Translations under genes and position numbers: made by a program
Notes under the pieces: generated by a model
The model's input: only the letters and a program-made list of their open reading frames with translations
What the model was told of the DNA's origin: nothing
Databases searched by the model: none
Source of the DNA: the human T2T-CHM13v2.0 reference genome, Homo sapiens
Strand: one strand, 5' to 3'
Assembly (NCBI RefSeq): GCF_009914755.1
Contig: NC_060926.1
DNA length: 64,000 nt
In this document: piece after piece, positions 43,007 through 59,104 of the stretch
Layout: each line of letters begins with the position of its first letter
How positions within the stretch are numbered: position 1 is the stretch's first letter

Positions 43007-44479
43007 TGGAAATGTGAACATTAGCTGGATGCTTGATACTAATTCTATTGTATTGAAGACATTTTAACCGTAGTTTTACCCTCAACTCTTTTAGTATTCC
43101 ATTAAAATATATACATGTTTGAGTCTATCAATCTTAAACTTAACCATATCCCCTGCAACATATTTCATTAACAAAATTTTAATAAGGGAACAAGAGTAAG
43201 TTTGGTTGATGAGAGAGGGTAAATGAGAAGGTATGTTGTAGGTGGCAGTTTCTCAGTCCTTGTTCAAAAGTGATGTCTTATAGCCCTAATCCTTATGGCA
43301 GATCTCTGTGCAGTACATATAGCCTATAAAATATAATGAAATACTAACTTGATCTTCTATATTCTGATTTTCAATAATTCACCTATGCAAGCAAAAGCAT
43401 CTAACAAAGTTTTTATCAAGTTATTTTATATAAAATTTGGTTTTTATACAAAATTAAAATATCAGAATTTGATAAAATAAAACTTTCCATAATTTAACAA
43501 TGATGTTGATGAATTGAGACTGAAGTTCTAGACTATGAAAGGGATTTATAACACAGATACAAGCATCTTTGGTAACCTCTTCAGAAGAGAATAAATAAAA
43601 GTAAATTCCCTTATTTTCTGAGACCAAAACCTCTAGTAGCTTAAAAAAAAAAAGTTGTAACACTTTTAGGTCACCTCCATCTACGGTTGTCAGGGCACTG
43701 AGATAAATGAACTCAATAATGGCACCTTCCATTTAGGCGAGTTTATAAATCAACCTACAAAGTTGGGGAGAAAGAACACGTAGGCAGACCTGGAATCCTT
43801 AAGTAAGCTTCTCTCTTTCCACAAAAGCAGTTCACAGATCTGTAAATATGTCCTGTAAGGCCAATCACAAAACTCCTCTGGTTTTAAGAGCAGAAAATTC
43901 TTTACAACTAAGGGCCTGTATTTTTTCCTTCATCTGCTACCTATACCTCTCATAAGTACAACCTCTATTCATCTTTCTTGTCCTCTTACTCAGCCCTAGG
44001 CCTAGTTAAAAAAAAAAAGGAATATATTAATTTTTTTCTTAATATTGAACTTCCAAGAGACCACCAATATAAGCAGCAACTCCAAACTCTTGAACAACAA
44101 AACTTTATAAACTTTCTGTATCTGTGGTAACAATTCCATCAATGAGAAAAACAAGCTATTAAAGAAATAATTATTTTTGAAAAGTAGAGGGCCACCTATG
44201 TAAAGAGACTGCTTTAAAAAAAAAAATCCAGTATTTGGCAGCTATAGCTCCTAATACAAGAGTACAGAGAATATTTCTTTCTTTCTCAACACAATTTTTT
44301 TTTTTTTTTGGAAATGAAAAAGCAGGAAGACTTAGCTTTCTTTCTCAGTCAATTATCAATTGAAAAGAGAGAGCCAAATACCTGTATAATTCAGTATGTT
44401 ACAAGGAGGCTAGAATATTTATTTTTAAAAGTCTCTAGTTCACCTAATTATATGCTAAATTTTTTTTAAATACATGTTA

Positions 44480-45860
44480 ATAAAAACCACGTGTTTATGG
44501 AAAAATACACAATATCAACACCGAATGTATTTCAATTCTCCCCAAAATTAATCCATAAATGTAATGCAACCTACTAAAACTCCAACAGAGGGAGAGGGGA
44601 CAAGATAAAAAAAATTTTAAGATGAAGTAGAAAATTATACACACATAAGATAGCCAAGAAAAATATTTATGGAAAAGCCGTTTAGCTAGTATTTAAAAAT
44701 TATAGCACAACAGTCTGATACTTCTGTGTGAACTGACAGATAAATGGAAAAGCAGAGGAAATATTTCACCCATACTACAAGAATATGACAAAAATGGTAC
44801 TTCAAAGTGGTTAAGAAGGATAATTCAAAATAAAAGGTATTGGAACAAATGGGAAATAATCTTGAAATATAAAATTATTTCACTACTTCACTCTCTAGAA
44901 CAAAACAAACTGCAAATAAATCAAATAATTAAATGTTAAAATGAAATCATAAAAAGTATAAAAGTACTTACTAGGAGTAAACATGGGGGAAAATTTTTAT
45001 GATCCTCAAGAAGGATTTTCTAAGGATTACATAAAACTCAATGACTTTTTTCACTTTTATGACTCAAAGTCATAAAAGAAAATGATAAATCTGACTACAT
45101 AAAAATTTCTAAACAGAAAAACATACCATATGGTCAAAATACAAATAACAAATCAATAAAAAGTTTTCAAGACATATGACAAAAGGCTAGTTTCCTTACA
45201 ATGCAGATTAAGTGAATCTACATACACGAGACCAAAAACCCAAAAGAATAGGCAAAAGCTGTGATCAGAAAAAATTTGACACCTAAGCCTATGAAAAATG
45301 ACTCAAATTTAAAAGAACAATTTGCTAAACAATGTATTAGTTCACTAATATACTGTGTTGGTAAAGATATAAGGGAAAAGGTACCTTAACAGGTTGGTGG
45401 GAATAAAGGTTGGAACCATTCTTTGAATGACACTTTGGCATTAGCTACCAACATTTTAAATGCAACTATCCTTTGAAGCAGTAATTCTACTTGCACAGAT
45501 TTATCCTACAACATATATAATGGCATGTATTCCCAAAGAAGTGTATACAAGAGTGTTCACAGAAATAGTATTTGTAAGAGAAAAAACTAAGTATCAACCT
45601 AAATAACCATCAATAAGGGACTGATTAAATAAAATATGGTACATCCCCAGAGTCCTCTGCATCTATTTTTGTGGAAAATAAAGTGAAAAGGATATACATG
45701 TATAAATAAATATTTATCCACAGATTATCTCTAAACAGATACTCAAGAAACTACTAACAGAGGGTGGATCTACAGAAGACAATTTGTGGAAATCTGGGTA
45801 ACAGGTAGAAAGAGTTACTTTTCTGTGTATTCTTGTAGTACTGTTTGGAATTGTTACCTT
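44480..45860 (+). mobile_element. Highly diverged L1ME-like 3' portion
   Basis: CAGTAATTCTACTTGCACAGATTTATCCTA, CAATAAGGGACTGATTAAATAAAATATGGTACATCC. Confidence 0.65.
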
Positions 45861-46683
45861 GTATACATAAATAAATAAATGCTTTCGTAAGATTTGGGAT
45901 TTTTATTGAGAGAAGATATTATAGTAATTCTAGAACTATACAGAATATGAAGATCAGCATCTTACTCATTCAACAAACTGAGTGCCTATCACATCTAAGG
46001 CACTGCAATGCAGACACAATGCATACAGTCCTTTTCCTCAAAGAAAAAGGTCACAGCACCTTTCCTCAAGGAGTACACTGTCTGGTGGAGGAAAGAAATC
46101 AGTAACCATACCATTACCTTATATAGAATGATATATACTATGAAGAGGTAAGAACAGAATATTATGGAAACACGTGATGAAAGCAACTTAAAAATCAATG
46201 ATCATCATTCCAAGAAACATAAATATCAATAGCTTAAATATGAAATTATCAACTCCTCCTTTGGGGTTAAAAAGGATGATGATGGCATTAGTCTGAGAAA
46301 ATCTTAGCATCAGTAAAGCTGGGTCTCATCATTTTGCATACCTATGTCCTGCACTAGCTATCCACAAAGGTCACATTCATTCAAACACTACTGAGAACTA
46401 TGGTTTTACCATTACAGTTCCCATCCCTAGTGCTGTCATCCTCAGAAGAACCTGATCCCTTTAGAAACAGGAACAAAAAGTCTCAAAGAATGTACCATAA
46501 GTATAGTATATCTGCAACATTTACTTCTATTTATTTAAGGGTTCCAGGGAAGAATCAAGAAAGAGCCATTCAGTTTATACTTTTATCCTGGGCTAGCAAA
46601 GTACCTTAAAAAGGAACCATTAAATTGAGGCTTTGAATCAAGTTATTCTAATAAGTTGCTTGAAGGTATATTATGAAAATAAA

Positions 46684-47752
<1,069 letters not shown>

Positions 47753-50171
47753 GTTTTTTGGTTTTTAGATTTTTAAAAAGAAAATAACTACACATAAAAC
47801 AAAGCCAATTAATGGACAATAGGTAACATGCTCCTTTTCAGAAATGTTTTTATAACATGGCAAATCCTTTAAGTTTACAATAATATAGCACTAAAATAGC
47901 ATGTTTTCTAAACACTATTCCATGCAGTTATTTATCAGTGGTTCCACATATACCCATCACTTCATTTTAAAAAGGATTTGAGAGAGTTTGCAAATCACTA
48001 AAAAAAAAAAAAAAAAAAAAAAAAAGACCACAAATTTGACACTCAGTTGCCCAGGAACCAATCTGAAACATAATTCACCATATCCATGAGGAGTATACTA
48101 CTTATTCCCAACTTTTAAAAATAAGAAATGGCTTAACCAGAAATTATTCAGAATCACAAAAATGAAAGTGGGGAATGGACAGGGCATGACTTTCTTGTGT
48201 TTAGAAGCATCCACTTCCTGGGAACTTGGACTTTATATTAAGAACTGATACCTAATATTTAAACCATATGTCACTCAAAATCTTAAAATTTCTAATACAT
48301 GCTACTACGCCAATAAAAATGATCATATAATAAATGGCTTCATGATAGTAAAAACTAGTAATTTTTAAGCCCCAACCCATAATCTGTATTTATGAGCAAT
48401 ATTCAATTTTATACAAATTTTCATGGCAATTAAATTTTGGCAGTCTCTGAAACTGATTTAATAAGCACTAATATTCTTTTCTTTGTCTTTACATTCATGG
48501 TTTCCAAGTCCTATCAATTCGTCTTTCATACAGCCTCTTCGTAAACTAACTATAAAAACAGATTCACAGCCAATTAAAGAAAGCGTGCTTCTTATACTCT
48601 TATATTCCTCCCTTCTATTCCATTTTCACTGAATGAACAAATAATGAAATAGTTCAGGCCCTACTCATCTTTCTCAGAACTACTGTAATAGCTTTCTAAA
48701 TAATTCATCTGCTTTTCCTTCCCACCTATCTTGAATATTGTCACCAATTTTCTAATACTGCTTTCACGGTGCCTTGCCTCAGTTCAAATAACCTTCAATG
48801 GCTGTCTTCCCAAAGCCAAAAGCTCTAATTCGAGAAGGGGTGAAAAACAATAACTTTAGAAACAACAATTAAAAAAAACAATTTTGGTTTCATAATATAA
48901 ATTACCAAAAGCAAGGGCAACTGGATAGCAGAGCATGGATTAAAGTGGAATGATAAAATCCAAATTCCTTAATTTGGCATTCAGTATCTTTCAGAATCCA
49001 GATCTACATATTTTCGGTCTTAATTAACCTTGGTTTAGAACATGTCCAGAGACCAGTTCGAAGTCACCCTTAATTATGTTTGCACTGCTCTCAAATCGAT
49101 TTCTAGCCAGAGTTTTCTGCGCATATCCTCAAAGCCTAACTTAACCAACCACTAAGCCAAGTATTTTCCCATGAAAAATGGCCCTCAAGTGAGAGGTTTT
49201 AGTCTCACTTCAGTTACTGCATTGCGATGGAGATGCTCTGGGCACAACAGCAAACAGTAAAATTACAACTTATTAACAGATGAAAATCAGGGCTTACTCA
49301 TAAATAACGTAAACAGCAATGTTAAACAGACAAGTGTCAGTGATCTAGAAACCCTCTCTTCCAGGTAGGCTAGTCTATGCTTCTAACCCTGCTCTGCACA
49401 TTTCTCACCTTTGTCTCACATCAGTCCTCTCAGTAGCCCTGAATCTTCCAAACTTATTTTAGTTCCAAAATCACAATATAATTATTTAATAAGCATATTT
49501 TTATTTTTTTAAAAAGCTAAACATTTTTACCATTGCCTGTTAGAGACCCCCAATGATCTGGGTGGGTAAGGCCACCTCTTCACTCTCCCACTAGTTTTTC
49601 TCACTAGTCTTACACTAGATTCTCAGACACAAAGAGCTCATTCCTGCCTCAGGGTTTTGCCCTGAAGTTGCTTGGAAATGTTTTCTCTCTGCAGCTCAAA
49701 TCTCACCTTCTAAGCCTGTCTTAGTGTCACCTAACCTAAAAAAGCCCCCATAAATCCCCATCATTCTCTATGCCATTATCCTGTTTATTTTCCTCATAAC
49801 ACCACTATTCTGGGTTCTTTATTTATGTGCTTATTATCTGTACTCTCCCAAGGGGGAGCATGTGTCTTGCTTATTGCTATACCCTCAAAGCTTAGAATAG
49901 ATCCTGTCTCTTGGTAGGTAATCAATAATGGGTTGAATTAATGAACAAACTCTTGAATGCATTAAGAAATCCAGACACATTGAAAATGGTTAACTATCCA
50001 CAACCATAATCACAATGTTCTTACACTTACTAAAAAAACTAAAGTTTCCCAATAGGTATCATCAATATGGAATTAGGGAACTCTGTAGAACAGGCAATAT
50101 TCTTTCCCCATTGCCTTCCAACCTCAGCATTCCAACACACAAGATTCCAAGAGAGTGCTGTCACCCCCTGA

Positions 50172-50593
<422 letters not shown>

Positions 50594-51129
50594 TTACCTC
50601 AGTTTCCCTCAAGTATGTCTTTTTCATAAAGAAAAAGGAAAAGATTGAGTTACTCCTCATCTTCTAAGACCTTTAATATGGCAATTAGTGTTTTGAGTAG
50701 TATGGGGGTGAGGAGTCCGTCAACATCAAAATATTACTAAAAAGCATCGCAATTGGCTTATTTTCCCCCATTATGGAGAAGTGAATTGAGAAAAAAAAAA
50801 TCAGACTGATTTTCTTTTAAGAAATGAATCACCTCTAACATCCTACAAGGCTATGAAGATTTCCAAGCAGGCAGTTACACTACTTGATTCTTGACCTTTT
50901 ATACATAAAGGTCCTACTGCTAGTGGGACACTTTCTGTCCCCGAAGTAGCAAGTACTTATGAATGTATCTAATATTATGCATTCTCAATCTCTAACAAAC
51001 GTGATTTTTTTCGCTTCCAAAATAATTTCCCAAGATGAAAACGGCAATAAAACAACGTGACTAATAATAACATACAATCAGGAACTTAGGTGAATGAAAG
51101 AACTTGAAAACTATTTTACAGACCATACA

Positions 51130-51894
51130 TAGTCATGCCTCGCTGAACAGGGGGAACAGGATCTGAGAAATGTATTGTTAGGCAATTCTGTCGTTGTGCA
51201 AACCTCACAGTATACTTACAGAAACCTAGATGGTAGAGCCTACTACATACCTATATGTAGGCTATATGGTATAATCAATTGCTCCTAGGCTACTAACCTA
51301 TACAGGATGTTACTGTAGGCAACTGTAACACAATGGTATTTGTGTAGTGTTTATCTAAACATACCTAAAATAACACTGTACAAAGGATTAAAAGATGGCA
51401 CACGTGTGCAGGGCACTGGCCATGAACAGAGCTTGCCAGCCTGGAAGCTGCTGTGGACGTGAGTAGTGAGTGAATGTGAAGGCCTAGGACATTACCATGT
51501 ACTACTGTACAACTTACAGACACTCTACGGTTAGGCTACACTAAATTTATCTTTAGATATATTTTTTCAATAATAAATCAACCTTAGCTTACTGTATCTT
51601 TTCTATTTTATAAACTTTTTGGCTCTTTTGTAATAACGTTTAACTTAAAACACAAACACATTTTAAAGCTATAGAAAAGAAATTTTATATTCTTATTCTA
51701 TAAGCTTTTTTCTATTTTTTTTTTAACTTTTGTTAAAAACTAAGATACAAACGCATTACCCTAGGCCTACACAGGGTCAAGATCAAGACGTCGCTAGGCG
51801 GCAGGAATTTTTCAGCTCCATTACAACCTTATGGAGCCACCGTTGCAAATGCGGTCTGTCCTTGACCTAAACGTCGTTATGAGGCACGTGACCG
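51130..51894. mobile_element. Tigger3 (Golem)-like DNA transposon
   Basis: Termini AGTCATGCCTCG...GAGGCACGTGACCG-TA; CTGAGAAATGTATTGTTAGGCAATT. Confidence 0.8.
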
Positions 51895-52958
51895 TATTTT
51901 GATTCTGTAACCTAAAACATATCCTTCTGAAAAACAGTATTTCTAACCAATATATATGAAAATGTCTGTCTCAAAACATTTCTCTGTGTCTCATGGTAAA
52001 TCTGCCACGAGTTCAATTAGCCAATTCCTGGCAAGGAATCCACAGGTTTTCCCTTCTTTAGGAATGTCAACCATTTTGCCTTTTATTTTTTTCTGTAAGA
52101 TTCAATTATGATGCACTAAGAGGCTGGGCCAAGTCCACACTAACAGCAATTCCTCCGACCCTGCAGCTGAAACCCCGGCAGAACTACGCCCCCTCGAACA
52201 CAATGCCTAGATCCCCTTTCCCTGGCTCGGTTTAGCTGGTGGGGAGCAGTCCACATCACACCCCGGGGAGCTGGGCGGTGGCAGGACTTTACCAGAACTC
52301 TCTCCTTCCCATTTCTCCACGCACCACACCACTGGAGGCGCTCTCCCTTCACTGCGGTTGGGTCAATGTGGACGTTTTCCACTCGGCCAGCTCCCCACGA
52401 GCACAGGAGGAGGGGGAGGGGAAGCGCAAAGGGGCCACCCACGCCAGCCAGGAGGTGAGGAGGGAGCCCGGGGCAGAATGCAGGCCAACAGACCCGCAGC
52501 AAAACTGCACCTTTTCCAAAGGAGCAACCCAGACGGGTAGACAAAAGCACCTCCTAAAAATATCTGGGTGCCAAGGCCTTTCCTTCCTCACCTCGAAGCC
52601 CAACCAACCCGATAAATCCACAACCCTGGCTCTCGGGTATATACCCGGCTCCTACTACGGGTGGGTGCCTAACTTCCGAGAATCCGTACGCTGGGCATCA
52701 CACAGGGTGAAAGTGGGAGCCGGGAGCGGTGCACGTGTTCCCCGAAACCAAGACGGACAATAAGAACAAACCCGGGCTCCAAGGGCCGCCCCACCCTTCT
52801 CCCCGCGCTTCCAACCAGACGGGGCGCCATCGCCCCGAAGTCCGCAGACAAAGCGCCCTCGGGGCGGAGAGGAGGGACCAGCCCAAAGCATCTGGGGCTG
52901 CACACAAAAGAGGGAGGGGCGCGAGGGGCGGCGCGAAGCGAGAGGTCGCGGCACTCAC

Positions 52959-53514
52959 CCACTGAGCCCGAGGAGCCCCTGCGCTTGGGCGCGGCCGGGG
53001 TGGAGGGGGGCGCGGCGGGAGCCGGGGCTGGCGGGGTCCACACGGGCTCTGCCTGGGGGCTCACGCTGGCCGGGGGAGGAGGGGGAGGCCGGGCCGGAGG
53101 CTCGTCGTCCTCAGGGAGCTTGGAGGGCGAGACTGCGGCAGCAGACAGCGGGGATGGCGCGGGCACGGTCGACGACACCGGGCTCGGGTCCCAAGACGGC
53201 TGCCGCTCCGGGGCGACGGGGGGAGCGGCCGGCAGGGGTCCCCGGGGCGCCGGCGGCACGAAGTCATTTCCGAAGTCCATCAGGGGCGCGCCGGCGGCAG
53301 GGGCGGTGGGCACTGGGGCCGCGGACAGCCCGGCGGCGGGCTTCCTCTCCAGCACCTCCAGCTCCTCCAGGTCTTCGTCCTCGTCCTCCTCTTCCTCCTC
53401 CTCTTCTTCCTCCTCGTCCTCGGGCTCCCTCACGAACTGGTACTTGAACGCGGGCTGCGGCCGGGGTGGGCTGTCCGAGGACGAGACCAGAGGAGACTGG
53501 TCCAGGTCTTCCAT
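52959..53514 (-). CDS. RTN4: RTN4 exon 1 coding part (shared N-terminus of Nogo-A/B)
   Basis: ORF MEDLDQSPLVSSSDSPPRPQPAFKYQFV...poly-Glu...KRRGSSGSV; Kozak GCCATGG; donor GTGG|GTGAGT at 52959/52958; 556 nt = 185 codons + 1 (phase 1). Confidence 0.98.
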
Positions 53515-53960
53515 GGCTGGAGGGTGGAGATGATGCTGCAGCTGCTGCCGCCGCCGCCGGGGCCGCGTCTCAGAGCCGCGGGCGGTTGTGGGGGTTGGGG
53601 AGGACTGAGAGGGGCTGGGCCGACTGAGCCGAGGGACCTACTGTGGTGACGGCTCCCGGAACAATGAGACTGCTCCTCCTGCCTCCGCGCCGGTGATGCG
53701 CCACCCGCCCTGTCCCCACTTGCCGCCGCCGCCCAGATGAGCTAGGAGTGAGGCCAGCGGACTCTCCGCCCAGTTTGGCGTGACTCACCCTCCCCAGGGG
53801 AGGGCAGGGACTGGCGCGGGAGGGAGAGAGCCAATCGGCTACAGGATCGAGAAGATAGGCGACCAGCCGGGCCAACAGAAAGGGAAGGAGATGAAAGTGG
53901 GTGGGGACTACGGCACTTCCTCTCTCTTACCGGCTGGGATTGCGTTCAATGGGCGGGGCT
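53515..53960 (-). promoter_or_regulatory. RTN4: RTN4 5'UTR and TATA-less core promoter (GC boxes, AP-1, CCAAT)
   Basis: CCGCCC boxes near 53705-53771, TGACTCA 53781-53787, CCAAT 53831-53835, short GCC/GCT triplet run ~53535-53560 in the UTR. Confidence 0.75.
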
Positions 53961-54851
53961 GAGAGCTGGGAGCTCCACCCCCACTTTGGGTAACCGTGAG
54001 TTGGGGTGGGGTCTTGGCCTTGCCCGCAGCTGGGGGTCCGTATGTCGTTAGAGCACTGGGAAAGGGGGCGGGCTGCTGGCTGGGAGGGGTCGGCGCGGTT
54101 TCTGGCGCGCCACCGGAAGGGCGTTATCCTGGGGGAACTGAGAGTGGAAACTTTCCTCCCGGGAAAGGAAGAAACCCGACTGGAGAAAGGTATTAGCGGG
54201 ACTGGGAAGTGGGCCCTAAGGATTTTTAAAGATTTTTGAAATAAAAGATTATTTGTTCACTCAAAGTTCCAAACTACATCACTACTACTACCACCCTAAA
54301 ATAAGAAAAAAATTGTTTTTTGACAGTTAGGCTCACTCAGTCTAAACCGCAGCCCCCGAAATTGGGAGGAAAACAGCTGTGCTGAATTAACTAGGGATCT
54401 GGGGCCGACCATTTGAAAGTCTGCTCTTCTTCCAAAGAGAGTTTGGGGCCTTGCCTGCTGGACTCTTACATGGTAAGAGAGTGAGTCACCCAAAGAGAGA
54501 GGCAGCGGGGAGACAGGAAAGTGGAAATACAAAGATGCCTTGGAAAGCTAATTTGGTTCACGTTACATTTCAGTCACCTTAGGTTCATGAGTCAACATTT
54601 CGGATGATTCAGGCTTTCTGGGAGTCAGGAAGCCCCATAGTCATTGGTTTGATATGCAGGAATAAGCATGATCCCCATTCCACTTTTTATGAGGCTGGAG
54701 AGTTTAAAGAAAGTAGTTGCAGAACATCTTTGTAAGAATCAGGATCCTTTTATCTTTCTGATTTACCTTTCAAAAATATTCACTGCATGCCTACTCTGGA
54801 GGCCCTGGAGAGAAGAGGATAACCTGCTTTCAAGTTGCTCAAAGTCTAAAT

Positions 54852-55152
54852 CTGTGCTGTACCTGACAGGTACTGGCTACTTGTGGCTACTGATTGAACA
54901 CTCGGAATGTATGTAGCTAGGCTGAAATTAGATGTGCTGTAAGTGTAAAATGCGCACTGGATTTCAAGAATTAGTACCTCCGAAATGTAAAATATCTCAG
55001 CTTTCCTGTTGACTGAATGTTGAAATTGATATTTTGGATATATTGGGATAAGTATAATATTATTAAATTAATTTTACTTGTTCCTTTTAAAGCAGCTTCT
55101 AGAGTTTTTTAAATACATAATGGCTCACATTATATTTCTTTTGGACAGTGCT
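54852..55152. mobile_element. MER3/MER33-like hAT element
   Basis: CTGTGCTGT...TTGGACAGTG; GATGTGCTGTAAGTGTAAAAT. Confidence 0.65.
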
Positions 55153-55269
55153 AGTCTAGATTAATAATTAAGAAAGTTTGATTGCCATGGGGAATCACTG
55201 GCAAATTCTTAGCTCCAACTAATTTATATTACTGTGGCTTAATTTGGGTATTAAAAAAGAAAAGTAAGA

Positions 55270-55625
55270 GTTGGAGGGAGGGATAAATAGGTGGAACACA
55301 GAAGATTTTGGGGGCAGTGAAACTGTTCTGTATTATCCTGTAATGGTGGATACATAACATTATGCATTTGACAAAACCCACAGGACTATACAACAGAAAG
55401 AGTGAACCCTAATGTAGACTATTGACTTTAGTTAATGATATATCAATATCAGTTCATCAGTTGTAACAAATGTACCACCTCAATGCGTTATGTTAATAAT
55501 AATAGAGGAAACTGTGGTTAGGGGGCAGGAGTGAGAGTGTATGGGAACTCTGTACTTCCTGTTCAACTTTTCTGTAAACCTAAAACTGCTCTAAGAAATA
55601 AAGTTTATGAACCTTTAAAAAAGGA
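55270..55625 (+). mobile_element. L1MC/MB 3' end
   Basis: GGGCAGTGAAACTGTTCTGTAT...CTGTAAACCTAAAACTGCTCTAAGAAATAAAG. Confidence 0.8.
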
Positions 55626-56600
55626 AAAGAATAAAGATTTCCTGGCAATGTTACTTGATTGGGTTAATTATCAACAATATATTCAAGACCTATCACATTA
55701 ATTCCACGGAGAACTGGCTTTATTTGTGCAAAACGTTTGTGACTTGCTTTGAGTTTGGTTTTATTTTTTGGAGGGGTTGGGAAGAGTAGGAAGAGAGATG
55801 TATTGATGTAGAATTTTGGGGCGGGAAGTTAATGCCAAATGAATTTAAACAAAACAAATTTCTACAATGGTGACTACAAGAGACATATTTGAAGTCTTTG
55901 TCAAATATTTATCAAAAATTATAAAAAATTTGCCTGATTTTCAACCAATTGCATAAACATACAAAAATATACTAACAGTATTTTATGATACGACCTTTTC
56001 TATTGTCACAGTTTAGCTATCAGCAGTCTTCCCCGCATGCTTTTCCCACTATGACTGTTCTGAAATTCCTTAATGATAAGTTTCACAGGGCCTTTATGTA
56101 TGTCTAATATAAACAGGACTTACGTTATTTGCAAGTTGTTTATATGATATTTCTGCATTCACATATCCCTGTACCTACTACTACTAAAATAGTCTCAAAG
56201 GAGTATCTTTAATCAAAGTTTCACAAAAGAATAATTATAAATAGTAGATTTACAATTTTAATAGGAAATAGCAGTTAATATTGATGCAATAATATAAGCA
56301 CTATCTGGTGCAGAATAAAAATAAATTTTATTAATCTCAGTGACTTCTAAAAAAATAAGTATTTGATAGATAGATGAGTAAAGAGTTTGCCCAGCTTTCA
56401 TAGAATGATCAACAAAGCAAAAAGAAAGGAGGCTGTTGCTGCTCTACCACAATTAAAAGTAAAGCTAGTTATACATTGTTGTAACTAGATGTAAATATCA
56501 CTATCACTAACAAAATTCTGGTGGACATTTGAACCAGTTAAAAGAAAAATGCACATTCTAGATACTAATAATAGTTTTAAAATAATTATTCAATAATTTA

Positions 56601-56945
<345 letters not shown>

Positions 56946-57094
56946 TCATCAGAAGTAGAAGATTAAAGTTTTCAGATACCACTGGTTAGTAGCTGTTCTC
57001 TCTGAGAACACTACAAGAGATCCAGCCTGCTAGAATCATAGAATCTCAGGGTTGGGAGAACTTTGGGAGGTCAGCTTAACCAATCTCTCTTCCA

Positions 57095-57344
57095 TTATCA
57101 TGGTCTCACTTATAAGCAAGAGCTAAATAAAGTGTACATATGGACATAGAGTTTGGAATGATAGTGGAGACTCAGAAGACTGGAGAGAAGGAGAAGGGAT
57201 GATGAGAAATTCCTTATTGGTACAATGTACATTATTAGGGTGATGGATACACTAAAAGGGTGACCACTATGCAATCAATACATGCAAAAAAATTACACTT
57301 GTACCCATAAATTTATACAAATAAAAAATTTAAATAAAAAAATT
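57095..57344 (+). mobile_element. L1MA-like 3' end with A-rich tail
   Basis: GGTCTCACTTATAAG...CACTTGTACCCATAAATTTATACAAATAAAAAA. Confidence 0.8.
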
Positions 57345-58030
57345 CTTAAGAGTACCAAAATGATGTTTCAGTCTCTTTTAAATAGAAAGATTGAATGTAA
57401 TTCAGAGGTGCTCTTGAACACAGGCCAGTCATTTTCAGTAGGTGAAAAAGCTGTGGTTGACTGCTCTTGAAACAGGTGTGTCTGTAATCCACCTCTCATC
57501 TTTCTTATCTTGCTGAACCATCCCTTTTGTGCTTTCACTTTATACTTTTTAATAAGAGAAATATTTGTTGGGTATACAGTCTGCACCAGGCCCTGCTCAA
57601 GACTTTGAAGAATACAGCACTACGCCAGACACAAACGTGCTTGCATGTTTTCAGTAAGAGACCTATTACTTGGGGAAATCACCCCTTCCATTTCTATAGT
57701 ATTATACCTTATTTGCAGAATGCTAAATTGACACCTAAACTGGTATTTGTAGAACAAGTTAATTGTCCTTGAATTATGTATGCCCCTCAAAAGAGTTAAA
57801 AGGCGTAGGATGGGTATACTCTTGCCTACATATAGCAGGACGTGAACACCAGAGTGGGTTCGGTAAGAGAAGAAAGATGAGAGGTGGATTGTAGAGAAAC
57901 CTGTTTCAAGAGCAGTCAACCACAGCTTTTTCACCTCTGAAAATGACTTGCCTGTGTTCAGGAGCGCCACTGAATGACATCTGACCTTTCTATGTAAAAA
58001 AGACTGAAATATCATTTTGGCACCCTTAAG
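57345..58030. repeat. Long inverted repeat, arms 57345-57519 and 57857-58030
   Basis: Manual alignment: about 22 mismatches and 1 indel over ~175 bp; 337-bp spacer. Confidence 0.92.
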
Positions 58031-58701
58031 TGAAAAATTAACAGCGTGCTAAGTTGTTGTCCCTATCATTTTGCTGGGATTTTAGATTTTATGAAATGTA
58101 CCATTTTGTGAAATGCAGTTCATGGTTCTGTTCAACATCTTAACATATTAAATCCATTCTGTAATAAGAATAGAAATATAAATGTAAGATCAACTTCTTC
58201 AGTCATGTTAGTTAAGCATTGACAGTTAGTGTTGGATCTAAAATAAAAATGTTAAGTCCCAAAAAGAAATCCCATAATAAGCAAGTGAAAGTCATAATTA
58301 AAACTGAACCAAATCTTTCTCCTTTAACTGTTTTCGGTCCCCTGCATTATTAGAAATTAGGCTATTTGAATATGCATTGTTTCCCTGGAGAAATTTATTT
58401 TGATCTAGCAAAAAAATTATTTCAGATACGAGAAAGTTAATTTTGATCTACTAGTACAAAACCAAGCAGAAGACATCCTATGCTGTCTTAGACAAATAAA
58501 AATGTGTCCTCATATGAAGAAAGAAGGCAGAAAAGAGTCCACAAAATTTAACAACTCATTCTAATATATAACTTATTATTTTTAATACTTAAAGGTTGAA
58601 GTGTAAGTTCTGTTATTTAATCTTCAATGGAGATAGATAGAAACCAAGTGGTCACTGTCTTTAAACATTGTTCATTGATTCAACTAAAACCAACTGACCT
58701 T

Positions 58702-59029
<328 letters not shown>

Positions 59030-59104
59030 CTAGGCTCTGGTGATAAATAATAGATAAAACACATTTCCTAATGTCAAAGAATGCATAGTCTAGTTTACAT
59101 AAGA

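Larger units (their letters stand above)
52150..54200. promoter_or_regulatory. RTN4: CpG island spanning RTN4 P1 promoter, exon 1 and start of intron 1
   Basis: Very high GC and CpG density against AT-rich flanks. Confidence 0.92.

Noticed and set aside
52669-52958. Extension of the 281-aa exon 1 ORF into intron 1
   Set aside because: Strong GTGAGT donor at 52958; GC-rich DNA is stop-poor, so the extension is expected by chance
52140-54239. Many overlapping ORFs up to 182 aa in the CpG island
   Set aside because: Stop-codon scarcity in GC-rich sequence; no recognisable protein
57620-58015. 131-aa ORF across the right arm of the inverted repeat
   Set aside because: No recognisable domain; the frame is broken by an indel in the other arm
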